Shown here one piece after another: positions 1-9,059 of a stretch of DNA of 60,438 bases. How positions within the stretch are numbered: position 1 is the first letter of the stretch; each line of letters begins with the position of its first letter. Made by a program: the position numbers and the translations under genes. The notes beneath the pieces were generated by a model. The model made no database searches. It was not told where the DNA came from and saw only the letters and a program-made list of their open reading frames with translations. Origin of the DNA: an uncultured Candidatus Binatia bacterium. GTDB taxonomy: Bacteria; Desulfobacterota; Binatia; HRBIN30; CADEER01. The stretch is taken from the NCBI GenBank assembly GCA_964475125.1, contig CAYYWP010000004.1, positions 1-60,438 on the forward strand. Reading direction: 5' to 3'.

Positions 1-106
1 ACCCGGCCCACTCGGCCCAACGTCCCCTTCCCTTCACCCTTCCCCCCCGAGCCGGTCGCCATGTGGAGTTGACCGCCGCGCGCGTGCGGAAGTAGGGTCG
101 GCCCCT

Positions 107-2491
107 ATGAAGCAGATCGGCAAGGGGTTCACCTCGCTCACCAACGCACAGCTGGCAGCCGGCAAGGGCACCTTCACCGCCGACTTCCGCCTCGATGGCA
201 TGCTGCACCTCGCCCTGGTGCGCAGTCCCTACGCGGCCGCGCGCGTGAAACGCATCGACACCAGCGCCGCCGAACGGCTGGCGGGCGTCGTCTGCACCAT
301 CACCGGCGAGGAGCTGAAGGCGCGCACCAAACCGATGATGGCGCCCTTGAATTACGACGCTCTGGGGGCCAAGGGCGTGCGGCCCTATGCCCTGGCGCTC
401 GACCGCGTGCGCTACGTCGGCGAGGCCGTCGCCGGGGTGGTGGCGGAGGACAAGTGGACGGCGCGCCAGGCCGCCGATCTGGTCGCGGTCGAGTACGAAG
501 AGCTGCCGGTGGTGAGCGATTCCGAACTGGCCCTCGAGCCCGGCGCGCAGCGCGTCGAGCCGGATTGGAGCGACAACGTCATCATCAGCCGCGACTTTCT
601 GAGCGGCGATCCGGACGCTGCCTTCGCCGCCGCCGACGGCACCATCTCCGGTCTGGTCAAACAACACCGCTACACCGGCGCGGCGATCGAGCCGCGCGCC
701 TATCTCGCCACCTACGATCCGTACCTCGACTTTCTGACCTTCTGGGCCTCGACCCAGAATCCGCATCCGCTGCGCGTCTACCTGGCCGAATCGCTCGGCA
801 TCCAGGAGAGCCGCATCCGCGTCATCCAGCCGTTCGTCGGCGGAGCCTTCGGGCTCAAGATCCCGACCTTCCAGGAAGAACCGCTGGTCGCCTACCTGGC
901 GCGCAAGCTCGAGCGGCCGGTGCGCTGGGTGGCGGAGCGCAGCGAGGATCTGCTGGCCGGGGGGCACGCGCGCGAGGAACGCATCCCCTACGAGGTCGCC
1001 TATAAGAAGGATGGCACGATCACCGGCCTGCGCGCCACGGTCATCGCCGACGTCGGGGCCCCCTCGGGGCTGCCCGGCTGGCCGATGTCGTTCGTCAGCG
1101 CCTACTGCATTCCGACTTCCTACCGGATCACCAACACGCGCGTGCAGCTCTTCTCCGTGGCCACCAACAAGTGCCCGTGGAACGCCTATCGCGGCTACGG
1201 CAAGGAGGCCGCCTCCTTCCTGATGGAGCGCATCATGGATCAGGTGGCGCGTGCCACCGGGCTCGATCGCGCCGCCGTGCGGCTGAAGAACTTCATCCCG
1301 CCCGACCAGTTTCCCTACTCGCAGATCTCCGGTGCCATGCTGGACAGCGGCGACTATCCGAAGGCGCTGCGCCGGGTGCTGGCGATGATCGACTACGAGA
1401 ACTTCGCCCCGCGGCGCGAGCAGGCGCGCAAGGAGGGCCGGCGCATCGGCCTCGGCCTGAGCTTCGAGCTCACGCCGGAGGGCTGCTCGATGCCGCAGTC
1501 GACCCTGATCGGCGGCTGGGACGGCGCCACGGTGCGGGTCAACCCTTCCGGCCAGGTGACCGTGCTGACCGGCGTCACCTCACCCGGCACCGGCAACGAG
1601 ACCGGCATCGCGCAGATCGCCGCCGAGATGCTGGGCGTCGATCTCGACCAGGTGCGGGTGATTCAGGGCGACACCGACACCTGCCCGTTCGGGCTCGGCA
1701 ACTACAGCTCGCGCAGCATCATCATGGGCGGTTCCGCCACCCAGGTCGCCGCCCAGGAGATCCGCGAAAAAATGTCGCGTGTCGCGGCGCGCATGCTCGA
1801 GGTGCGGCCGGACGAGGTGGACGTCGACGAGGGCCGCTTCTTCGCCAAGGGCGCGCCGGCGCGCCACGTGTCGTTCAAGGATGTGGCGAGTACCGCGTAT
1901 CGCGATTGCCACGGCGCCGCCGCCTGCGACGTCGAACCGGGTCTCGAGGCGACGCGCTACTTCCAGCATCCCAACGTCTACCACCAGCCGGAGACCCAGG
2001 GGCGCTTCAGCTCCTACCCGTCGTGGCCATACGGCGTGGCGGCCTGCATCGTCGAGGTGGATCCCGACACCGGCAAGTTCAAGATCCTGCGCTACTGCAT
2101 GGTCCACGACAGCGGCACGATCATCAATCCGCTGCTCGCCGAGGCCAACCTGCACGGCGGCCTGGCGCAGGGGATCGGCGGCGCGGTATTCGAGAACCTG
2201 GTCTACGACCAGGCCGGGCAGCTCCTGACCACGACGTTCATGGATTACACCTGCCCGACGGCGGTGGATCTGCCATCCTTCGAGATCGAACATCAGGAGA
2301 CGCGCTCGCCGTTCACGCCGCTCGGTACCAAGGGCGTGGGCGAGTCGGGGGTGACCGCGCCGCTGGCGGCCCTGTGCGGCGCCATCGAGGACGCCTTCCC
2401 GGACCTCGAGATGTCGCTGACCGAGCTGCCGCTGACGCCGAGCCGGGTGTGGTCGGCCATCCACGCGGCGCGGCCGCGCGCCGCGCGCTGA
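107..2491 (+). CDS. Molybdopterin-binding large subunit of the xanthine dehydrogenase / aldehyde oxidase / CoxL family (not form-I CO dehydrogenase)
   Basis: 794-codon ORF. N-terminal LHLALVRSPYAAARVKRID and C-terminal PLGTKGVGESGV are family landmarks. The active-site loop reads NAYRGYGK, not the form-I AYxCSFR signature. No 2Fe-2S or FAD subunit gene lies next to it inside the window. Confidence 0.85.
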   Translation: MKQIGKGFTSLTNAQLAAGKGTFTADFRLDGMLHLALVRSPYAAARVKRIDTSAAERLAGVVCTITGEELKARTKPMMAPLNYDALGAKGVRPYALALDRVRYVGEAVAGVVAEDKWTARQAADLVAVEYEELPVVSDSELALEPGAQRVEPDWSDNVIISRDFLSGDPDAAFAAADGTISGLVKQHRYTGAAIEPRAYLATYDPYLDFLTFWASTQNPHPLRVYLAESLGIQESRIRVIQPFVGGAFGLKIPTFQEEPLVAYLARKLERPVRWVAERSEDLLAGGHAREERIPYEVAYKKDGTITGLRATVIADVGAPSGLPGWPMSFVSAYCIPTSYRITNTRVQLFSVATNKCPWNAYRGYGKEAASFLMERIMDQVARATGLDRAAVRLKNFIPPDQFPYSQISGAMLDSGDYPKALRRVLAMIDYENFAPRREQARKEGRRIGLGLSFELTPEGCSMPQSTLIGGWDGATVRVNPSGQVTVLTGVTSPGTGNETGIAQIAAEMLGVDLDQVRVIQGDTDTCPFGLGNYSSRSIIMGGSATQVAAQEIREKMSRVAARMLEVRPDEVDVDEGRFFAKGAPARHVSFKDVASTAYRDCHGAAACDVEPGLEATRYFQHPNVYHQPETQGRFSSYPSWPYGVAACIVEVDPDTGKFKILRYCMVHDSGTIINPLLAEANLHGGLAQGIGGAVFENLVYDQAGQLLTTTFMDYTCPTAVDLPSFEIEHQETRSPFTPLGTKGVGESGVTAPLAALCGAIEDAFPDLEMSLTELPLTPSRVWSAIHAARPRAAR

Positions 2492-2516
2492 CCGAGAGGC
2501 ATTCGGAATCCCAGAC

Positions 2517-3374
2517 ATGGCGCTGGTCTTGCGCCCCGGGCGGAGCGAGGACGCCGAACGCTGCGGAACCATCTGCTGGGAGGCCTTCCAGCGCATCGGC
2601 GACCAACACCACTTTCCGCCGGACGTGCCGTCGGCGGAGGTCGGCATCAAGGTGGTCGGCGGCCTGCTGCGCCACCCGCGCTTCTACAGCGTCGTGGCCG
2701 AGCTCGACGGGCAGATCGTCGGCAGCAACTTCGCCGACGAGCGCTCGGCGATCGCCGGCATCGGCCCGATCACGGTGGCGCCCGCGGCCCAGGATCGGTC
2801 CATCGGTCGCCGGCTCCTGGTCGACACGCTCGAACGACAGGTCGCCCGCGGGACGCCGGGCACTCGCCTGGTGCAGAGCACCTATCACACGCGCTCCCAC
2901 AGCCTGTACACGAAGGCCGGCTTCGAGACGCGCGAGATGCTCTCGGTGATGCAGGGCTCGCCACCGGCGGTCAAGCTGCCCGGACACGCCGTGCGGGTGG
3001 CGCGTCGCGACGATCTGGCGGCCTGCAACCGCCTCTGCTTCGCCGTGCACGGCCACGACCGCGGCGGCGAGCTGGCGGAAGCGATCGACGGCGGCGCCGC
3101 TACGCTCGTCGAGCGCGATGGCCGCATCACCGGCTATGCCACGCGCATCGGCTGGACCGGGCACGCCGTGGCGGAGTCGAACCACGACCTCGAGGCGCTC
3201 ATCGCCGCCGCGCCCAACTATTCCGGGCTCGGCTTCCTCGTCCCGACGCGCAACGGCGAGCTGCTGCGCTGGTGCCTCGAGCACGGGCTCCGGCTCGTGG
3301 TGATCGCCACCCTCATGAGCGTCGGCCTGTACAACGAGCCGCGCGGCGCCTGGCTGCCGTCGATTCTCTTCTGA
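2517..3374 (+). CDS. GNAT-family N-acetyltransferase
   Basis: 285-codon ORF. VAPAAQDRSIGRRLL resembles GNAT motif A (acetyl-CoA binding). YTKAGFE follows, as is typical for the fold. Confidence 0.7.
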   Translation: MALVLRPGRSEDAERCGTICWEAFQRIGDQHHFPPDVPSAEVGIKVVGGLLRHPRFYSVVAELDGQIVGSNFADERSAIAGIGPITVAPAAQDRSIGRRLLVDTLERQVARGTPGTRLVQSTYHTRSHSLYTKAGFETREMLSVMQGSPPAVKLPGHAVRVARRDDLAACNRLCFAVHGHDRGGELAEAIDGGAATLVERDGRITGYATRIGWTGHAVAESNHDLEALIAAAPNYSGLGFLVPTRNGELLRWCLEHGLRLVVIATLMSVGLYNEPRGAWLPSILF

Positions 3375-3485
3375 GGCCAGCGGACCGCGCCGCCCCTCCG
3401 CGGCCGCCCATTTGGTGCGAGGTCATCCGTCAACACCGGCGACCCGCACGAGCCGGCACGCGCCTGGAACCAGTGCCGGCCGCGA

Positions 3486-4271
3486 TCACTTGGCGGGAAT
3501 CTTCCCGGCGTCGGCAAGTGGCCCGACCGTCTCCTCCACCGCCTTGGTAATGAGCACGTGCTCGCGCAGCCGTTCGGCGAGCGGCCGCACCGCTCGCGTC
3601 TGCGCGGCGTACGTCTCGATCGGTTCGAGGCCCTGGCGAATGCTGTACAGCTCTCTCCCTTCGAGGTCGTAGAGTACGGTGTTGAAACAGAGCACGACCG
3701 CAACGGTGGTTGGTTCGGTCAGGGGTGGGGCATCGGCTGGCCAGTAGATCGACGCCGTCGTCCCGCAGTAGCTCATCGTCACAGCGGGAAGGTCGACGGT
3801 GACGGCGGAGATGTAGACGTACAGCACCGCATCGACCTGGTGATCCTTGCCGAGCTCGCGAAAGACCGCTGCCTGAACGGTGTCGAAGCGCGTCTGGTCG
3901 ACTACCCCGGTGATGGGGTCGTACACGGGCCCGACATCTGCGGCGGCGCGACGCCAGTACTTCTCCATTTCGTCGGAGGGGAGGACGATGAACCCGCCCG
4001 CCTGCAGGCGCCCGGTGACGGCCGGCTCGATCTCGGCGCGGGCGGTCTCGCGGTCGGCGATTCTAGCGCCCACGATGAGGGGCGCGAGCGCGATGGTTTG
4101 AACGCGCTCCCGCACCGTCCCCGCGGGGGTCTTGAACGGGTCGTAGGGGGGCGGCGGGCGGACGCACGCGCTCAGCATGGACGCCACGGCGCAGCCGGTC
4201 AGGGCGCGGGCGATGCCGGCGACCCGTGGCACGCGGTGGTATGGCGCGCTTCCTCGTCGCCCGGGCGACAT
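3486..4271 (-). CDS. Uncharacterised lipoprotein (paralog of the 4289..5110 product)
   Basis: 261-codon ORF. The N-terminus has a basic region, then a hydrophobic stretch and the lipobox-like MLSAC. No catalytic motif recognised. Start uncertain, because it lies only 17 nt from the divergent neighbour's start. Confidence 0.6.
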   Translation of the reverse strand: MSPGRRGSAPYHRVPRVAGIARALTGCAVASMLSACVRPPPPYDPFKTPAGTVRERVQTIALAPLIVGARIADRETARAEIEPAVTGRLQAGGFIVLPSDEMEKYWRRAAADVGPVYDPITGVVDQTRFDTVQAAVFRELGKDHQVDAVLYVYISAVTVDLPAVTMSYCGTTASIYWPADAPPLTEPTTVAVVLCFNTVLYDLEGRELYSIRQGLEPIETYAAQTRAVRPLAERLREHVLITKAVEETVGPLADAGKIPAK

Positions 4272-4288
4272 GTTATGAATATCCTATC

Positions 4289-5110
4289 ATGCTGCGTCGC
4301 ATCTGTCGGGTGACGGTGCTGTGCACGTGTGTAGTCTCTGGCGTGGCGCGTGTCGAGGCCGCGGATGCGGCGCCACTCGCTCCGGGCTCGACGCTGTGCC
4401 TGCATAGCATCGGGTTGCCGCTGCCCGAGCAAGACGGCGAAGCCCGGCGAGCGAGCCTGAACAAGCGACTGCAGGACGCGCTGACCGCCGCCGCCTTCGC
4501 GGTACCCGAGCCGCAGGCCGTCTCCGATCTCATCGAGCGCGTCGAGAAGGACACCGGCGGCTTCATCGATGTCGCCACCGGACAGCGCGACCAGGCTCGC
4601 TATCAGATCTTTCAGCAGCAGCGCGCTGCCGCGTTGCGCAACGCGTTCGGCTGCGACGCGGAGATGACCGCCTACGTGGTGCGCGTGAAGGCGCGCTTTG
4701 ACGGGGCGTCGGCCATCTGGGACGGCACGTCCGACTCGGTGAGCTCGACGGGACGGTTGGTGCTGGCAGCCGTCGCCGGCGTCCGCGAGTCGGGCTGGGT
4801 CGCCGCGCTCTCGCTGTGGCTGCACGCCTTCGACCTGGAGGGCAACGATCTGGCGTTTCGCAGCGCCGGCATCGAGACCCTGGTGAGCCTGGCCGTGCTG
4901 AAAGACCAGGACATCCTTCCCGACGATCTCTGGCTGACCAACGCCGAAAAGCTCGACGCCGCCATCCGCTCCGCCCTCGGCCCGAACGGCGATGCCTTGC
5001 GACAGCGCGGGACGCCGCACGGCCTGACCAAGGCTCCGCCCGCTCCGCCGGCTCCCTACGACCGCTTTCGCTCACTGCCGGGGCGGCCGACACCATCGGA
5101 TCGACCCTGA
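4289..5110 (+). CDS. Uncharacterised secreted protein (paralog of the 3486..4271 product)
   Basis: Start moved to ATG 4289 (MLRRICRVTVLCTCVVSGVARVEA looks like a signal peptide). Shares collinear blocks with its neighbour, for example AFDLEGNDLAFRSAGIETLV versus LYDLEGRELYSIRQGLEPIE. Its stop overlaps the next start (TGATG at 5108..5112). Confidence 0.6.
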   Translation: MLRRICRVTVLCTCVVSGVARVEAADAAPLAPGSTLCLHSIGLPLPEQDGEARRASLNKRLQDALTAAAFAVPEPQAVSDLIERVEKDTGGFIDVATGQRDQARYQIFQQQRAAALRNAFGCDAEMTAYVVRVKARFDGASAIWDGTSDSVSSTGRLVLAAVAGVRESGWVAALSLWLHAFDLEGNDLAFRSAGIETLVSLAVLKDQDILPDDLWLTNAEKLDAAIRSALGPNGDALRQRGTPHGLTKAPPAPPAPYDRFRSLPGRPTPSDRP

Positions 5111-6204
5111 TGCGACGGCTGGCGTGCGCGGCACTGCTCATACTGTCCGCCTGCGCGACGGCACCGCCGGTGCCGTCCGTTCCGTCCTTGCATGACGCCA
5201 GCGGCGCCGGCGTGGCGATCGACGACGACGAACGCCGCCTCTGGGAGCGGGCGAAGGAGGAGCGGACAGAGCTGGCCGAGAAGGATCTGTTGGTGAACGA
5301 CCAGGCGTTGAACGCCTACTTGCAGGCGGTGTTGAACGGCCTGATGCCGACGCCGCTGCCCGAGCCCATTCCGAAGCCCGCGGTGTACGTGACGCGCAGC
5401 TCCGCGCGCATCGGCGGCGCCTTCGCCGACGGCGGCATCTGGGTCACGGTCGCGATGCTGGCGGCGATCGAGAACGAGGCGCAGCTCGCGGCCTTGCTCG
5501 GCCACGAGCTCGGCCACTTCACCGCTCGCCATCAGCTCATCGCGGCTCGTTTCGCCGCCACCAATGGCTCGCTGGTCGACCGCATGGAGCTCTCTCGCCA
5601 ACAGGAGAGCGCCGCCGACCAGTATGCGCTCATGGCCATGCGCCAGGCCGGCTACGACCCGCGCGAGGCAATGAAGCTGCTCGCTTTGGCCGGGGCGGAG
5701 GAAGAGGAGTGGTCGCCGGGGACGGAGGTATTTCGCAGCCATCCGTTCACGGCGGAGCGCATCCGCGATCTGAACGCCGCCATCGCCGCGGGGCACGATC
5801 AGGCCCTGCGCGTCGATGCCGAGCGCTACAACCAAGCGATCGCGTCGGTGCTTCCGCTCGCCGCCGAGGTCGAATTGAAGGCCGGCCAGCTCGATCGGGC
5901 CAACGCCTCGATCGCGCGCTTGCTCGCACTGCAGCCGCAGAACGGTCGTGCCTACTACCTCAAGGCTGAGCATGCCCGCCTGACCGAACGCGACGGGCGC
6001 AACTCGGCGCCGGCTCGCCAAGCCTACCAGCGCGCCGTCGAGCTGGCGCCGAACGATCCCGAGGTGGTCCGGGCGCTCGGGTTGCTCTACCAAGGCGACG
6101 GCAACATAGCGGCGGCAACGCCGCTGCTCGAGAAGTACCTGCAGCTCGCGCCGGACGCGGCCGATCGAAAACTGATCGAGCGCTACCTCGGCCGCCGTCA
6201 GTAA
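5110..6204 (+). CDS. M48-family zinc metalloprotease lipoprotein with C-terminal TPR-like repeats (BepA-like architecture)
   Basis: In-frame ATG at 5110 gives MRRLACAALLILSAC (lipobox). HELGH zinc motif (LLGHELGHFTARH). The C-terminal third is TPR-like (AYYLKAEHARL, AYQRAVELAPNDPEV, LLEKYLQLAPD). The 4816..5109 extension in the track is Arg/Pro-rich and not credible. Confidence 0.8.
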   Translation: MRRLACAALLILSACATAPPVPSVPSLHDASGAGVAIDDDERRLWERAKEERTELAEKDLLVNDQALNAYLQAVLNGLMPTPLPEPIPKPAVYVTRSSARIGGAFADGGIWVTVAMLAAIENEAQLAALLGHELGHFTARHQLIAARFAATNGSLVDRMELSRQQESAADQYALMAMRQAGYDPREAMKLLALAGAEEEEWSPGTEVFRSHPFTAERIRDLNAAIAAGHDQALRVDAERYNQAIASVLPLAAEVELKAGQLDRANASIARLLALQPQNGRAYYLKAEHARLTERDGRNSAPARQAYQRAVELAPNDPEVVRALGLLYQGDGNIAAATPLLEKYLQLAPDAADRKLIERYLGRRQ

Positions 6205-6323
6205 GACGCGCGCGGCCGCTGCGTCTCTGCGTTGACTGAGACCCGTCTACGGCTCACCTCGGCGAGCGGGACGCGAGCGTCAGTCCTGCGCTGAGCACCG
6301 CCCGTGCGAAGGGGCCCCGAGGA

Positions 6324-7592
6324 TCACCCGCCGCATCCGGCGGCGGCGCGCTCGACCGCGGCGACCAACTCGCTGACCGCTACCGTGGCGTCACCGTCGG
6401 TATCGAGCAAGCCGCAGGTGTCGGCCAGGTGGTGGCCGAGCGCGATGCCGACACCCCGGATCAGCTCGTCGACGGTGACGCGGCCGCTGCCGTCACAATC
6501 GCCTGGACACGCGGCGCCGCAACGCTGGAAGCCGCCGTGGTACTGCGCGGCATCGCCCGCGCGCGCGCCGCTGATGACGCCGAGCGTGAGCAATGATGGA
6601 AAGATGGGGCCGGCGCTGCTCGCGCCGGTGAAGGTCATCGGGAAGCTGAGCTGCTCGCCGCTGGCCAGCGACAGCGGGAATTGCACGTCGTCGAGGTCGG
6701 CGGTGAACCCGGTGCCGTACACGCCTCCGCCGTAGTGGAAGTGCAGATCGATGCCGAGGATGACCAATGTCTCACCCGCGCCGTCCGCATTCGTCACGGT
6801 GACGGTGAAGGTCGTCGCACAGTCGACGTCGACCTGCCGCGGTGCGATCTCGACGATGCCGCCGAGCGGGGCCAAGCCGAAATCGCGCCGGATGTCGCCG
6901 AGCACCTCAGCCGCGCTCAGGTACCCGACAAAAGGCGCGAAGCCGGACGCGCTGATCCTGAATTCGAGATAATCCTTCTCTCCGAGCGCTTGGGTGAAGG
7001 CGTAGCGACCGTCGGCGGTGGTCTGAAGCGTTCCCGGCACATCGGGAAACGCCTCGTTGTAACTGTGGTAGACGTACTCGATCTCGGCGCCGCCAATCGG
7101 TGCCGCGGGCCCGGCGGACGCATCGTAAACCAGACCGCCGATTGCCGTCGTGGCGCGTTCCGGGGCGGGCTCCAAGCCGACCGCCAGAGACGTCTGGCGC
7201 AGCTCGGGACCCGACGACCACTGGCGGAAAGGATAGAAGCCCGACGCGCTCACCGCCACGAAGACGTTGGCGTCGCCGCCAGGCGGCAGCGCCATCGCGA
7301 AGCGACCGTCGGCAGCGGTAGTGGCCGAGGTCTTTCCCCCGCTGGCACCCGGAATGGTGAGCTCGACCAACGCGAAGTGGATACCGGCGTCCGCTCCGCC
7401 TGCGGCATCGTAGACGCGACCCCGGATGATGTCCGAACCGCCGCCCGCTGCGGGCGCTGGAAGCGACGCGACCACCGCGAGGGCAAGGTCAATTACGACC
7501 AGGGATCGCAGGCCTGCGCGTGCGACGGCCAACGGAGCGATTCGCCTGCGATTGGCCTGCACCGGCAATGCCGAGTCGGGCGCACCACGCAT
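6324..7592 (-). CDS. Secreted protein with two carboxypeptidase-regulatory-like beta-sandwich repeats and a C-terminal dockerin-like double EF-hand module
   Basis: 422 codons with an N-terminal hydrophobic signal. Repeats IRGRVYDAAGG...TAADGRFAM and IGGLVYDASAG...TTADGRYAF. The C-terminus is GDCDGSGRVTVDELIRGVGIALG ... LDTDGDATVAVSELVAAV (about 6327..6509). Confidence 0.7.
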   Translation of the reverse strand: MRGAPDSALPVQANRRRIAPLAVARAGLRSLVVIDLALAVVASLPAPAAGGGSDIIRGRVYDAAGGADAGIHFALVELTIPGASGGKTSATTAADGRFAMALPPGGDANVFVAVSASGFYPFRQWSSGPELRQTSLAVGLEPAPERATTAIGGLVYDASAGPAAPIGGAEIEYVYHSYNEAFPDVPGTLQTTADGRYAFTQALGEKDYLEFRISASGFAPFVGYLSAAEVLGDIRRDFGLAPLGGIVEIAPRQVDVDCATTFTVTVTNADGAGETLVILGIDLHFHYGGGVYGTGFTADLDDVQFPLSLASGEQLSFPMTFTGASSAGPIFPSLLTLGVISGARAGDAAQYHGGFQRCGAACPGDCDGSGRVTVDELIRGVGIALGHHLADTCGLLDTDGDATVAVSELVAAVERAAAGCGG

Positions 7593-7734
7593 CTTCGAAT
7601 CTCCTCTGGCGTTACCGGTTGGGGTCTACCGGCGGGACCCACTCACCAGCGCGAGCTTGGCCCCGCCGCACGGTTGCGTCAAGCCCCAGCGCGGGAACCG
7701 AGGCCTCTCAGCCCGTTGCGGCACAAGCACTTCC

Positions 7735-7765
7735 CGCTCATCCTGAGCCCGTCGAAGGATGAGCG
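7735..7765. repeat. REP-like hairpin, family A (CGCTCATCC-TGAGCCCGTCGAA-GGATGAGCG)
   Basis: Perfect 9-bp stem with a 13-nt loop. The loop is the complement of the TCGACGGGCTC loop found at 27458 and 43716. Intergenic. Confidence 0.8.
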
Positions 7766-7844
7766 CGGCCTTTCTCAACGGATTGCTATCTCAAATCTCA
7801 TCGACCGGCGGACAGATGACTGCCAGCTGAGCGCGTGCCGAGGC

Positions 7845-9056
7845 TCAGCCGATCACGCCGTCCTGGGCGAGGCGAACCAGCTCCTCCTCGGTGACACCGA
7901 GCTCTTCGAGCAGTTCGAAGGTGTGCTCCCCGGCGGCGGGCGCGGGGCCGCGCGGGCCGATGTCGGCTCCGGCAACGTGGAACGGCGCGGCCAGCGTCTC
8001 CAGGCGGCCGAGCGTGGGGTGGTCGATGGTCGTGAACACGCCCATCTGGCGGGCTTGCGGATCGTCGATGACGTCGGTCAGCTTGGCCACCGGCGCCCAG
8101 ATGAGGCCGTGCGCATCGAGTCGTGCCGCCCACTCGGCGAAGTCGCGCTCGGCGAAGCGCGCGTCTATCGCGGCGGTCAGCGCCACCGTCTGGGCGCGCC
8201 GTTTGACGAGATTCTCGTAGCGCGGATCGCTCGCCCAGGCCGGCTCGCCGATGGCGGCGCAGAAGCGCGGCCAGTACGGGTCGGGATGCGGCATCACCAG
8301 CAGGATCCACTCGCCGTCGCGGGTGCGATACGAGTTCCAGATCGGGTTGGCGGGCTGCGTGCGGTCATGGCGCGTCGGCTGCTCGCGCGCGATCAACGCC
8401 GCCTGCAGATCGACGCCGATCGTCCACATGCCAGTGCCGAGGAGCGTCACCTCGACGAGTTGTCCTTCGCCACTGCGATCGCGCAGGCGCAGCGCCACCA
8501 GGATGGCGGCCAGCAAGTTGAGGGCGGTGGTGTGGTCGCCCTGGCCGCCGCGGCAGAGCGGCGGCGGCGAGGGCGGTTCGCCGAGCAGCCCCATCACGCC
8601 GGCGCGCGCCCAGAAGGCGGCGTAGTCGAAGCCGGGGCGATTCTGATCGGGGCCGCGGGTGCCGTAGCCGCTGAAGGAGGCGTAGACCAGGCGCGGATTG
8701 ACGGCGCGCAGGCCCTCGTAGGTGAGTCCGTAGCGCTCGCGGCGCGACGGGATCAGGTTGGTGATCACCACGTCCGTGCGCGCCGCCAGGCGCCGCACCA
8801 GCTCGGGCCCGCCCGGCTTGTCGAGCGCGACGGTCACCGAGCGCTTGCCGCGGTTATCGAGGTCGAAAGCGTAGTTGGTGGGGAAGTCGTGCTGATAGCC
8901 GAGCGAGCGCAGCACGAACTCGCGGTAGACGTCGCCGCCCGGCGGCTCGACCTTGACGACGTCGGCGCCGAGATCGGCGAGCAGCGCCCCCGCCGCCGGC
9001 GCGGCGAGCCAGTTTGCCACCTCCAGGACACGGATGCCGGCGAGCGGCGCGGTCAT
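7845..9056 (-). CDS. Family III CoA-transferase (CaiB/BaiF type)
   Basis: 403 codons. N-terminal LAGIRVLEVANWLAAPAAGALLADLGADVVKVEPPGGD is the canonical family III opening. Confidence 0.9.
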   Translation of the reverse strand: MTAPLAGIRVLEVANWLAAPAAGALLADLGADVVKVEPPGGDVYREFVLRSLGYQHDFPTNYAFDLDNRGKRSVTVALDKPGGPELVRRLAARTDVVITNLIPSRRERYGLTYEGLRAVNPRLVYASFSGYGTRGPDQNRPGFDYAAFWARAGVMGLLGEPPSPPPLCRGGQGDHTTALNLLAAILVALRLRDRSGEGQLVEVTLLGTGMWTIGVDLQAALIAREQPTRHDRTQPANPIWNSYRTRDGEWILLVMPHPDPYWPRFCAAIGEPAWASDPRYENLVKRRAQTVALTAAIDARFAERDFAEWAARLDAHGLIWAPVAKLTDVIDDPQARQMGVFTTIDHPTLGRLETLAAPFHVAGADIGPRGPAPAAGEHTFELLEELGVTEEELVRLAQDGVIG

Positions 9057-9059
9057 CCC

